Shown here one piece after another: positions 27,612 through 37,800 of a stretch of DNA of 64,000 nucleotides. A model generated the notes under the pieces. It saw only the letters and a list, made by a program, of their open reading frames with translations, was not told the origin of the DNA and searched no databases. The translations under genes were made by a program, and so were the position numbers. Numbering within the stretch: position 1 is the stretch's first letter; the number at the start of each line of letters is the position of its first letter. Source of the DNA: Nanobdellota archaeon. GTDB taxonomy: Archaea > Nanobdellota > Nanobdellia > Pacearchaeales > GW2011-AR1. Where the stretch lies: NCBI GenBank assembly GCA_038045945.1, contig JBBSXC010000004.1, positions 160,001 to 224,000 on the forward strand, read 5' to 3'.

Positions 27612-28235
27612 ATGTTTGATTGGATTTTTGGAAAGAAAAAAGAGGTAGAAAAGGTTAGGACAGACACAAAGAAAGCCTTTGAAGGGGTAAAGGAAGATAT
27701 AAGCAGCATTTCTAAATGGCTTGAACACCTTAAACAGGCAGACGAACAAGGAAAAAAGCGTTTTGATGATATAGATGAGAGATTATCCTCGATAGAATCA
27801 GACTTAAACACTATAAAAAATTTTGCGCTAGGTGGAAAAAACAAACAGCCGTTTAAACAGCAAACAGCTGTTCAAGGCAAACAAACAGTTGTTTATGGTG
27901 TTCAAACAGGTGTTCAAACAGGTGTTCAAACAGGTGAAAGTAGCGAATTATTGGTAAGGAACTTATCAGTTATGGAAAGGGCATTAGTATATGTTTTAAT
28001 GAATAGTGAAATGAAACTGAGCTATGATGACCTGGGAGCGATGCTTGGAAAGACGAGAGCAACTATCAGAGGCCAAATAAACAGCATAAAGCAGAAAAGT
28101 GAGGGAGTATTAGAGGAGATTATAGAGAAAAATGGTAAAAAAAGAGTGTTTATACCTGAGGAAGTAAAGGAAATACTGCTCAAAGACGCAAAAGTGAGAG
28201 TTAAGAAGGACAAAAAAGAGAAGAAAAATGAGTAA
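27612..28235 (+). CDS. Coiled-coil / repeat linker / winged-helix DNA-binding protein (gene A)
   Basis: N-terminal heptads; linker KQTAVQ...GVQTGVQTGVQTG; C-terminal LSVMERALVYVL...LSYDDLGAMLGKTRATIRGQINSIK helix-turn-helix plus wing. Confidence 0.75.
   Translation: MFDWIFGKKKEVEKVRTDTKKAFEGVKEDISSISKWLEHLKQADEQGKKRFDDIDERLSSIESDLNTIKNFALGGKNKQPFKQQTAVQGKQTVVYGVQTGVQTGVQTGESSELLVRNLSVMERALVYVLMNSEMKLSYDDLGAMLGKTRATIRGQINSIKQKSEGVLEEIIEKNGKKRVFIPEEVKEILLKDAKVRVKKDKKEKKNE
27840..27936 (+). repeat. Intragenic repeats in gene A
   Basis: AACAAACAGCCGTTTAAACA (19/20 to reverse complement of hub repeat core), AAACAGCTGTT, AAACAGTTGTTT, then GGTGTTCAAACA x3.3 (27897-27936). Confidence 0.9.
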
Positions 28236-28505
28236 AATGAGCTTAAAAAGATCATAAAGTGAGAGTTAATACGTAAGACATGCTAAAAACATCATGTCTA
28301 GCAGGATGAGAGAAAAAAGATACGTAAAAAGTAAGAGTTGAGCAAAAAATACAGCAAAAAGAGAGAGTAAAGATAAAAAGCCTTAAAAATAACTCTATAA
28401 GGCCTATAAAAACAGAAAGTAGCTATAGCGCTACCATGTTAATCGTTATACAGAATAAAGGAAATTTTAGATTTTTAGTCCTTAAAAGGGTTAAAAATAA
28501 GGTTT

Positions 28506-29333
28506 TTAGAGCTCAATAAGCTTTAAAATGGTGTCTAAGGTAGCTATCTTTTTGAGATCTGGAGATATCCTGAGAATAACTTTCTTATTATTTATCTTTT
28601 CTTTGTCTATGGGTATACCTTTAGCGACGATCTTCCCTATATAGTCCCTTATAGAGCTCTCAGAAAGACCTAATCTTACGGCTATAAGCCTATAATCCGC
28701 ATCTTCGCCCTTTTCCTCCAAGGAATAGAGTAAAGAGAAGACTTGAAACTCCATTGGTGTTAATTGTTTAAACTTGCGCCTAATTTCCTTCTTAATACCG
28801 TCGAGAGTGTCAAGAACCCTCAAGGCTTCATCAAAGTCGTTTGCTTTACTAGTTTGAGAGTTAAGAGAGTATGAAGAGGGTAAAACCAGGCTGGGATTGT
28901 CTGTTGGTCTGTCTGTTGGTCTGTCTGTTGGAACCCCCCTATTTCCACTGGAAATAGCCATATTTTGACCTTTTAGAGCCTCTAAAGAGGGCATATGTGT
29001 TGGAGTTTGTGGTTGAAATGTTGCATTTTGAAGGTTATCTGTTGGATTATGTGTTGGAACGACTGCTACAGGGGGCAAAGGGGCTGTTTTTGCTTCTTGA
29101 GAAACGTTTTTCATCTCTTTTATTGCGCGATCTATTGACTCACTAATGCTTTTTTCAGTGTGGTCTAACTTTTCAGAGAATAATTCTTTTATGTGAGCTA
29201 TAGAAAAAGCTATTTTATCATCAGTTGATATCCTTAAAGAGTTAATCTCTGCGTTTAGTGCGTAAAATTCTTTTGACAGTTGGGTAATATCATCTCTTAC
29301 TTTATCAAACGCCTCTTTGATTCTCGGATCCAT
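28506..29333 (-). CDS. Coiled-coil / repeat linker / winged-helix DNA-binding protein (gene B)
   Basis: N-terminal heptads (EAFDKVRDDI, cf. gene A KAFEGVKEDI); linker ISSGNRGVPTDRPTDRPTD; C-terminal LTPMEFQVFSLLY...DYRLIAVRLGLSESSIRDYIGKIVAKG HTH plus wing. Confidence 0.8.
   Translation of the reverse strand: MDPRIKEAFDKVRDDITQLSKEFYALNAEINSLRISTDDKIAFSIAHIKELFSEKLDHTEKSISESIDRAIKEMKNVSQEAKTAPLPPVAVVPTHNPTDNLQNATFQPQTPTHMPSLEALKGQNMAISSGNRGVPTDRPTDRPTDNPSLVLPSSYSLNSQTSKANDFDEALRVLDTLDGIKKEIRRKFKQLTPMEFQVFSLLYSLEEKGEDADYRLIAVRLGLSESSIRDYIGKIVAKGIPIDKEKINNKKVILRISPDLKKIATLDTILKLIEL
28898..28931 (-). repeat. 12-bp tandem repeat inside gene B
   Basis: TGTCTGTTGGTC x2.8 on + strand; further TGTTGGA copies at 28995-29004, 29035-29046, 29047-29058. 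Confidence 0.9.
28934..28957 (-). promoter_or_regulatory. ORB-like element with G-string inside gene B
   Basis: Minus strand CTATTTCCAGTGGAAATAGGGGGG: 9-bp perfect dyad containing TTCCAGTGGAAA followed by G6. Confidence 0.7.
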
Positions 29334-29387
29334 AATTACTAGTCATTATAAAACGTTAATAAAGATTTGTGGTCTAGAGAAAAGTAT

Positions 29388-29660
29388 TTATGAAGAAACA
29401 TTCTTGTAAGCTTTATGGGCTTTAGACGTCAGCGACCACCTTATTCTACGTATATACACATCACCGTCTGAATTCTTTCTTATCGGTCTCACTAAACCCT
29501 TATTTTCAAGCTCGATTAGCAAGGACTTAATAAACTCTTCATCTCTAGCTTCTTCACGACTTATCTGAGCAGTAAACATCGCTTGAGGATATTTGTGGAA
29601 CAACAACGAAAGAATGTTAGACATAATCTTATCCCTCTTTTCTTTAGAAAGCTTACTCAT
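29388..29660 (-). CDS. Small winged-helix protein (gene C)
   Basis: From ATG 29660 MSKLSKEKRDKIMSNILSLL...FTAQISREEARDEEFIKSLLIELENKGLV...RRIRWSL. Confidence 0.7.
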   Translation of the reverse strand: MSKLSKEKRDKIMSNILSLLFHKYPQAMFTAQISREEARDEEFIKSLLIELENKGLVRPIRKNSDGDVYIRRIRWSLTSKAHKAYKNVSS

Positions 29661-29730
29661 AAAAAGAAGAAAGAATGGGGTATTTTTATACCTTGTGATA
29701 AGAAAAAGACAAATACTTAGCAAAAAATTA

Positions 29731-30246
29731 TTATTCTCTCTTATTAATAACCAAGCCAAGGGTGTTAGAGACCTTCTGGGCTAACTGTCCCCCAGATTCG
29801 GAGAACTTCCAATAAAATAGAACGGGCTTTTCATTTGTTCGCACCATGAATTTTCTTAGTGAAGAGATACTAGCCTTGAGAGCTAAGCCCTTACCTCTAA
29901 AAGGTCCCTTAATTACTGCAACACACATGTAAACAGAATCGTAACTTATACGACTACTTTTTATCAGTTCAAGAAGCTCAGATTCTGTAATAAAATTATT
30001 ACAGAACCGTTCCATGAGTTCTAATGAGCAAGGAAACATATTTACACAACCAATAACTACCCCATCACTCTTAATAATATTAAAAAGTTCAGGAGCATTC
30101 TTTGAAGACCAACTGTCTTTTCCAGGATGAGTCTGAGCTTGATAAGGGTCAGCAGCAGTATTAAAGTACTCTTTGATAAGTGACCGGGCGGAGTCCTGAT
30201 CTTTTATAGAAAGAGCATCATTAGAATCCGAAGAGAAAGTGATCAT
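29731..30246 (-). CDS. Hypothetical protein, GNAT-like
   Basis: VYMCVAVIKGPFRGKGLA resembles the acetyl-CoA-binding motif A. Confidence 0.5.
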   Translation of the reverse strand: MITFSSDSNDALSIKDQDSARSLIKEYFNTAADPYQAQTHPGKDSWSSKNAPELFNIIKSDGVVIGCVNMFPCSLELMERFCNNFITESELLELIKSSRISYDSVYMCVAVIKGPFRGKGLALKASISSLRKFMVRTNEKPVLFYWKFSESGGQLAQKVSNTLGLVINKRE

Positions 30247-30278
30247 TACACAAGAACCAAAGCCATTTTATTTAAACC

Positions 30279-30857
30279 TTACTTTTTTTGCTGTTTATTA
30301 GGATTATTGTTGTGCTTGTTAGGATTTTGATTACTACTCTGTTTGTTTTGAGATTGGCCATTGTTCTGCTTATTAGAATTTTGGTTATTGTTCTGCTTAT
30401 TAGAGTTAGGGGTCTGACTAGCAGAAGGTTGATTACTGGAAACTACAGCCTCATCTACCTGACCTCTAAACTGAGGAATTTGAATATGCTTAGGAAGATT
30501 AAAGTCCTCTTCAAATTGCATAGCCTTAACAGTGCAACGAGCCATAATAAAGTTAAATAAAGGAACCCTAACAAGATCAGGAATTTTCTTATCATTCCAA
30601 CGCTTAAGAATATCAGCAGCTGACTTCTTATCAAGAGCAACAAGAATGTTACCATTAAAAGAAATCTTAGCTATATCCTTATCATAAGAAATTCTAAACT
30701 CAAAACTGAAATTAAGAGCCTCTTCATCTTTAATAAAATCAACCTTGATTTGCTGAATATCCTTAATGTTGATACCATTACTAACATTAAAGTTAGCATT
30801 AGGCTCGGAAAGCTTCTCAGCAAACTGCTTGGTTAAACCAAAACTAATAACTCTCAT
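30279..30857 (-). CDS. Conserved archaeal protein (SecB-like fold suspected) with N/Q-rich repeat tail
   Basis: Beta-rich N-terminal part (F.F.F.ISY....AKI.F.G), helix, LP.HIQIP; tail NSNKQNNNQ-type nonamers. Confidence 0.6.
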   Translation of the reverse strand: MRVISFGLTKQFAEKLSEPNANFNVSNGINIKDIQQIKVDFIKDEEALNFSFEFRISYDKDIAKISFNGNILVALDKKSAADILKRWNDKKIPDLVRVPLFNFIMARCTVKAMQFEEDFNLPKHIQIPQFRGQVDEAVVSSNQPSASQTPNSNKQNNNQNSNKQNNGQSQNKQSSNQNPNKHNNNPNKQQKK

Positions 30858-31033
30858 AAAAGAAAGTAGAAAAGTTGCTTTTTAAACTTTCGGATTCCAC
30901 AGTATATGAATCAAAAAGTATCAAAGCCCAAAAAGAGCAAAAGATTGGAAAAATTAGGAATAAACCTTAAACTAGTTAGAAAACAAAGGGAGAACCTAAT
31001 GAGAAGTACAAATAAAGATTTTAATCAGCATAA

Positions 31034-31294
31034 CTAAATTAAGTCTTCTTCAGAAACAACAACAAAATCGCCAACAGCAATAATGGAGTTGTAAGGAACT
31101 AAGGCTTCCTTAAGTTGAGTTGACTCAAGATTAAGATTCTTAATGTAAGGAGTAGGATCTTTAACAACAAGATGTATTAATTCACCAGTTCTTGTTTCAA
31201 AGGTAATATCCTTAACCATACCAAGCCTCTTACCCTCTTTTGTCACAATCAGTTTACCAAGAATGGCACTGAAAGGTTTCTTATCAATTGTCAT
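31034..31294 (-). CDS. PRC-barrel domain protein (CdpB-like)
   Basis: ILGK.IVT..G..LG.V.DI.F...TG.L, VPY..I.AVGDFVVV. Confidence 0.88.
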   Translation of the reverse strand: MTIDKKPFSAILGKLIVTKEGKRLGMVKDITFETRTGELIHLVVKDPTPYIKNLNLESTQLKEALVPYNSIIAVGDFVVVSEEDLI

Positions 31295-31643
31295 GAAGAG
31301 TACAAATAAAAATTCTTTATAAACTTTTCTACAGTGGATAGATATAATAAACTAAGACAAATCATCGAGTAATAATACAAAAAATCATTGAAAACCAACG
31401 ATAATAAGACATATTTAGCATTCAATGAAAAAACAAAAATAATAACTTTCTAATTTATGAGTAATAATATAACAGTTAAAGAATTAAGAAAGAAAAACAG
31501 ACTAAAATATACAATTAAGAGAAGAAACAAGAGCAAAACATAAAAATAATAAGATTATTATCACTACAATAAGGAAAAGTAGTACCTAAATACTGGTTTT
31601 AGGGCTTAAAGATCCTAAAATTAAGAAGAATAAGACTTATTAG

Positions 31644-31923
31644 ACCCCCACTCCTACGTTTCTTGTGGAAACATTTAAAAAAGAAAAATATTTTATTGGT
31701 TTCTTATTATTCATTTATAAATATTTATATTATATAATATATATAATATAATACTATTAATTACAAAGGTTCTTTTCATATGATTTTTACTCATTAATTC
31801 TCCATAGGAAAATAAGGTTAGCTTTATTTGTTCTTTTTATCGAATACAAACACAAAAACATGAGGTTTTCGATGATAAATTTTGCTACTAGAGAGTTTCC
31901 ATAGGAAATGATGGTGTGAGGGT
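31644..31923. other. Candidate replication origin (oriC): inverted ORBs flanking AT-rich DUE
   Basis: 29-bp imperfect inverted repeat: revcomp(31644-31672) GTTTCCACAAGAAACGTAGGAGTGGGGGT vs 31895-31923 GTTTCCATAGGAAATGATGGTGTGAGGGT (22/29); third copy TCCATAGGAAA at 31801; 41-nt pure A/T run 31713-31753; directly upstream of cdc6. Confidence 0.85.
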
Positions 31924-31992
31924 TATAGTGCTTTTAAGTATCTAAAGTTTTATAAAAGAAATAAAATGATAATATTATAGGTGATAAAAAAG

Positions 31993-33222
31993 ATGGTTGA
32001 AGAACAAAAAGTAGAAGGAAAAATTAACTCAATATTTGACTCATTTACAAAAGAAAGCATATTCAAAAACAAGAGCTTTCTACAAATAAAACATCTGCCT
32101 GAAGATATACTCCATCGAGACGAACAATTACAACAAGTCGCTAGTATCCTAGCACCCGCACTTAGAGGTGAAAGAACAAGTAACCTATTCGTTTATGGAC
32201 AAACAGGCACAGGAAAGACTATTTGCGTCAAGTATATCAGAGACCAATTACTAAAAAAAGCTCAAAGCACAGGAGCACCACTAAGAATTGAATATCTTAA
32301 CTGTAAACTAAAAAAGGTTGCTGATACAGAATACAGGATTTTAGCAGAACTAATAAAAAAATTAGGAGGAGAAGTACCATCAACAGGCCTACCCACAGAC
32401 CAGGTCTATAATAAATTCATTGAGATAATAGAATCAAAAAAACAAACATTCCTACTAATACTTGATGAAATAGACCAAGCGGTTAAAAAGATCTCAAGCG
32501 ACTTCCTATATAACCTAACACGTCTCAACTCAGAACTAGAACAAACAACCGTAAGCATAATAGGTATAAGCAATGACCTAAAATTCTTAGACCTAATCGA
32601 TCCAAGAGTAAGAAGCAGCTTATCAGAAGAAGAAATAATCTTTGCACCTTACAATGCACTACAATTACAAGACATACTAAAACAAAGAGCTGACTCATCA
32701 TTCAAACCAGGAGTACTAAAAGAAGGAGTAATCGCTAAATGCGCAGCTTACGCCGCAAGAGAACACGGAGACGCAAGAAGAGCATTAGACCTATTAAGAA
32801 TATCAGGAGAAATAGCTGAAAGGATGACAGAAGGAACAATAGAAATCAAACACATCGATATGGCAAACGAAAAAATTGATAGGGATAAAATATTAGATAT
32901 AATATCAGCAGCACCAAAACAATTCCAAATAGTATTATTAGCATCAATTGACCTAATAAGCAAAAATAAAGAACAAAACACAAAAATCTTCACTGGAGAT
33001 ATATACTCATTATACCAGGACTTATGTTCTAAGAGCAGAAACGAGATACTAACACAAAGGAGGGTTAGCGACCTAATAGGAGAATTTGATATGTTAGGAC
33101 TAATAAACGCAAGAGTTGTAAGCAACGGAAGACATGGAAGAACAAGAGAAATAAAACTCCTTATACCAGACCAAATATTACCGAGAGCTAGAGAAATAAT
33201 ACAAAATAATTTGAACTTCTAA
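31993..33222 (+). CDS. cdc6: Orc1/Cdc6 replication initiator
   Basis: Walker A GQTGTGKT, Walker B LILDEID, DPRVRSSL, GDARRALDLLR, C-terminal wH; SD AGGTGA before ATG 31993. Confidence 0.97.
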   Translation: MVEEQKVEGKINSIFDSFTKESIFKNKSFLQIKHLPEDILHRDEQLQQVASILAPALRGERTSNLFVYGQTGTGKTICVKYIRDQLLKKAQSTGAPLRIEYLNCKLKKVADTEYRILAELIKKLGGEVPSTGLPTDQVYNKFIEIIESKKQTFLLILDEIDQAVKKISSDFLYNLTRLNSELEQTTVSIIGISNDLKFLDLIDPRVRSSLSEEEIIFAPYNALQLQDILKQRADSSFKPGVLKEGVIAKCAAYAAREHGDARRALDLLRISGEIAERMTEGTIEIKHIDMANEKIDRDKILDIISAAPKQFQIVLLASIDLISKNKEQNTKIFTGDIYSLYQDLCSKSRNEILTQRRVSDLIGEFDMLGLINARVVSNGRHGRTREIKLLIPDQILPRAREIIQNNLNF

Positions 33223-33226
33223 AAAA

Positions 33227-34807
33227 ATGAATAGAGAAATACTAAAATTTTGTTTAGAAAAAGGGTGCTTAATAGATAAAGAAGCATGCGAAATACTAGA
33301 AAACTTTGAAAATATAGAAATAGCTAAAAAAATCATTATTTCACTAACAGACATACTAAAACAAAAAATAATAACTAAATCAAACATAATAAGCCACTCA
33401 AAACAGATAGAAACATTTGTAGAACAACTAGGAGAAAGAACAACCATAGAAAAAATTAAGATAAGCCTAGGAATAAACATTGAATTATCAAAAGAAACAG
33501 TAGAAAAAACATCAGAATTGGAAACGATTAAGAAAGAATCTAAAGTCAGAGTACTAACAAGCCATTCAGCACTTGAAGAAAAAGTGGAAGTTGAAGACTT
33601 CATCAAACACTTCAAAGCAAGATACGGGGCAATAAGAAACATATTACAACAAAGAACAGAACTAGAAAACCTAACCTCAATAAACAAATTAGGTAACAAA
33701 AGACAAAACGTATCAATAATTGGAATGATTTATGACAAAAGACTAACAAAGAACAAAAACCTAATAATAGAAGTAGAAGACCTAACAGGAAGAATAAGCG
33801 TACTAATAAACAAAGACAAAGAAGACCTTAACGAAATAGCAAAAAGAATGCTACCAGATGACATCATAGGAATAAAAGGCGTTGGTGACAAAGAATTCTT
33901 ATTCGCTAACGGAATAATATACCCAGACTCATTCCTAGAAGAAAAACACAGAATAGAAGAAGACGAATCAATAGCATTCATATCAGATGTACATGTAGGA
34001 AGTAAACTATTCCTAAAAGAAAAACTACTAAAATTCATAGAATGGCTTAACGGAAACTTAGGCGGAGAAGAAGAAAGAGAAGAAGCACTAAAAATAAAAT
34101 ACTTGTTTGTAGTAGGAGACACCATTGACGGAGTAGGAGTATACCCAGGACAAGAAAAATTGTTAGAATTAGTAAACATTGAAGACCAATACAAAGAACT
34201 AGCAAGATACCTAAAAATGATAAGAAAAGACATAACAATAATACTCTCACCAGGACAACATGACTGCGTAAGGGTAGCAGAACCACAACCACCAGTAGGA
34301 AAAGACTATGGATACGCACTACACGAAATAGAAAACCTAATACTAGTAAGCAACCCAGCACTAATAGAAGTAGGATTCAAAAAAGACGAAAAAACAAAAC
34401 TTGAAAAAAGGGGCTTCCGAGTACTGATGTACCACGGAGCAAGCTTCCACCTAATAATTAACGAAATAGACGAACTAAGAATGTCAAAAGCACACGACTC
34501 ACCAACAAAAATAATAAAATTCTTACTAAAAAGAAGACACCTATCACCAGTACACTCATTCAACCCATACATACCAAACCCAGAAAAAGACCCAATGGTA
34601 ATAGACATAGTACCAGACATAGTAGCAACAGGAGACTTGCACAAATCAGACATAGACATATACCAAAACATACTAATGATAGCATCAAGCTGCTGGCAAT
34701 CAACAACACCCTTCGAAGAAAAAGTAGGAAACCACCCAGACCCATGCAAAGTACCAGTATTCAACATGAAAACAAGGAGGCTAAAAGTCCTAGACTTCGC
34801 AAACTAA
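33227..34807 (+). CDS. polB: DNA polymerase D small subunit DP1
   Basis: OB fold (EVEDLTG); phosphoesterase motifs SDVHVGS, GD..DGVGVYPGQ, PGQHD, YHG, RRHLSP, SCWQ.TT. Confidence 0.95.
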   Translation: MNREILKFCLEKGCLIDKEACEILENFENIEIAKKIIISLTDILKQKIITKSNIISHSKQIETFVEQLGERTTIEKIKISLGINIELSKETVEKTSELETIKKESKVRVLTSHSALEEKVEVEDFIKHFKARYGAIRNILQQRTELENLTSINKLGNKRQNVSIIGMIYDKRLTKNKNLIIEVEDLTGRISVLINKDKEDLNEIAKRMLPDDIIGIKGVGDKEFLFANGIIYPDSFLEEKHRIEEDESIAFISDVHVGSKLFLKEKLLKFIEWLNGNLGGEEEREEALKIKYLFVVGDTIDGVGVYPGQEKLLELVNIEDQYKELARYLKMIRKDITIILSPGQHDCVRVAEPQPPVGKDYGYALHEIENLILVSNPALIEVGFKKDEKTKLEKRGFRVLMYHGASFHLIINEIDELRMSKAHDSPTKIIKFLLKRRHLSPVHSFNPYIPNPEKDPMVIDIVPDIVATGDLHKSDIDIYQNILMIASSCWQSTTPFEEKVGNHPDPCKVPVFNMKTRRLKVLDFAN

Positions 34808-34811
34808 AAAA

Positions 34812-37800
34812 ATGAACTCAGAAGAATACTTTAACAAAATACAAGAAGGAGTTGACGGACTATATACTATAGCAAGAGAAGCAAGAGCGAAAGGACTCGA
34901 CCCTTCACGCGACGTAGAAATAAAACTAGCAACAACACTAGGAGCAAAAGCCGTAGGGCTAATATCAACAATATATCCACAAATGGACAAAGTAGAAATA
35001 ATAGACAGGATACTAGAACTAGAAAGGGAGTATGGACAATTAGCGCCTGAAGTATCATTTAAAATAGCTGAAGAAGTAGCAAAACAAAAATTTTGTGAAT
35101 ACAAAAACCAACTAGAAGCAATAGACGCAGGAATAAGACTAGGATTCGCATACAACACACTAGGAGTAGTAAGCAGCCCAATAGAAGGATACACGACACT
35201 AAAAACAAACAAAAATGAAGACGGAGGAGAATACTTTGTACCATACTTTTCAGGACCAATAAGAAGCGCAGGAACAACAGCAAGCTGCATGGTACTAATA
35301 CTAATAGACTTCCTAAGAGAATCATTCGGATACGCAAAATACAAACCAACAGAAAAAGAAATAAAAAGAGTCGTAACAGAACTATATGATTATCACGAAA
35401 GAGTAAACAATCTACAATACTTACCAACAGAAGAAGAAGCAGAATTCTTAGGAAGAAACATGCCAATACAAGTATCAGGAGAACCAACAGAAAAAAGAGA
35501 AGTATCAAACTTCAAAGACCTAGAAAGAATAGAAACAAACTTCATAAGAGGAGGATTCTGCCTAATAATGGGAGAAGGACTAGCACAAAAAGCACAAAAA
35601 GGACTAAGAATCTTAAGAAAACTTCAAACAAGCGGATTCAAAATAAGCGACTGGGAGTTCTTAGAAGAATACGTAGCACTACACAAAAAAAGAGACGAAG
35701 GAAAAAAGTTAGACTCATCACCAACATACATGAAAGACTTAGTAGCAGGAAGACCAATATTCGGACACCCATCAAGAAGCGGATCATTCAGATTCAGATA
35801 CGGAAGAAGCAGATCAGGAGGATTCTCAGCAACAAGCATACACCCAGCAACAATGGCAATAAGTGGAGGATTCATAGCAACAGGAACACAAGTAAAAGTA
35901 GAAAAACCAACAAAAGGGTGCATAACAACAGTATGTGACACTATTGACGGACCAATAGTAAAAATGAAGAACGGAGACCTAAAAAAAGTAAGAAGCGCTG
36001 AAGAAGCAAAAAGTCTATACAAAGACGTAGAAGAAATAGTATACTTCGGAGACATATTATTCTCATTCGGAGACGTACTAAACAGAAACTCACAATTACT
36101 AAAAGCAGGATACGTAGAAGAATGGTGGGAGTTAGAACTAAAAAAAGCATCAGGAGAAACAAAAATGGATGGACTACAATTTCCAAGAACAATAAAACTT
36201 GAAGAAGCAATAAAAATAAGCGAGAAGTACAACATACCACTACACCCAGAATACATCTATTACTGGACACAGATAGACTACAACGCACTATGCTCATTAC
36301 TATACTGGCTAGAAAACAGCCGCCTTCAAGGAAAAATAATCTTACCATACAACAAAGAAGAAAAAGAACAATTCAAAGAGGGAAAAAGAGCACTAGAACT
36401 ATTAGGGGTGCCACATGAAGTAGCAGTAGAGAACGTAGTGCTAAGAGAAGAAGAAAGCAAAGCATTACTATTCAACCTAGGAATACTACCAGACGTATTT
36501 CTCAACGAAAACTACAAACTAAGAGAAGACATAGCACAACTTAAACTAAAAATAAACACCTCAATGACTGTTCTAGAAATAATAAACAAGTTATCATTCG
36601 TAACAATAAAAGACAAAGCAGGAACATTCATAGGATCAAGAATGGGAAGACCAGAAAAAGCAAAACTAAGAAAACTAGTAGGAAGCCCAAGTGTACTATT
36701 CCCAGTAGGAGAAGAGGGAGGAAGATTTAGAAGCGTGAACGAAGCAGGAGAAAAAGGAACAATAAAAGGAGACTTCCCGATACACTACTGTAAAGAATGT
36801 CAAAGAGACACAATATACCCTACTTGCGAAATATGCAAAAACGAAACGGAAAAAAGATACTACTGCATAGACTGCAAAGAAATAATACAAGGAAAAGAAT
36901 GCACAAAAGAAGAACACAAAAGAGTAGTATCACACTCAAACAGAAGAATTGACAGCAAACACTACATACAATCAGCAGCAAAAACACTAGGAATACCAGT
37001 TCGCGACCTACCACCACTAATAAAAGGAGTAAGGGGAACAAGCAACAAAGAACACGTAATAGAAAACTTAAGCAAGGGAATACTGCGAGCAAAACATGGA
37101 CTATGCGTAAACAAAGACGGAACAATAAGGTACGATGCTATAGAAATACCAATAACGCACTTCAAGCCCAAAGAAATAGGAACAACAAAAGAAAAACTAC
37201 TAGAATTAGGATACAACCAAGACGTGAACGGGCAAGAATTAACAAACGATGAACAAGTATTAGAACTAAAACCACATGATATAATACTGCCGTCATGCCC
37301 AGAAGCAAAAGACGAAAAATCAGCTGACGTATTCTTCTCAGTAACAAAATTCTTAGACGAAACACTAGAAAAAATGTATAAGCTGCCAAAATTTTATAAC
37401 CTAACAAAAAAAGAAGAATTAGTAGGGCACTTAGTAACATGCATGAGCCCACACAACTGCGCAGGAGTAGTAGGAAGAATAATAGGGTTCTCAAAAACAC
37501 AAGGATTACTAGCTTCCCCCTACATACACGCAGCAATGAGAAGAGACTGTGACGGAGACGAAGCAGCAGTAATGATGCTACTTGACGTACTACTAAACTT
37601 TTCAAGAGGATTTTTACCAGCACACAGAGGAGGAACACAAGACGCACCACTAGTACTAAACAGCCGCCTAAGAGCAGGAGAAGTAGACGACCAAATATTA
37701 GACTTAGAATTAGTAAACGAACACCCACTAACACTTTACGAACTATCAGAAAAAGGATCACACTCATCAGAAATAAAAATAAGAACAGTAAGAGAAGCAC

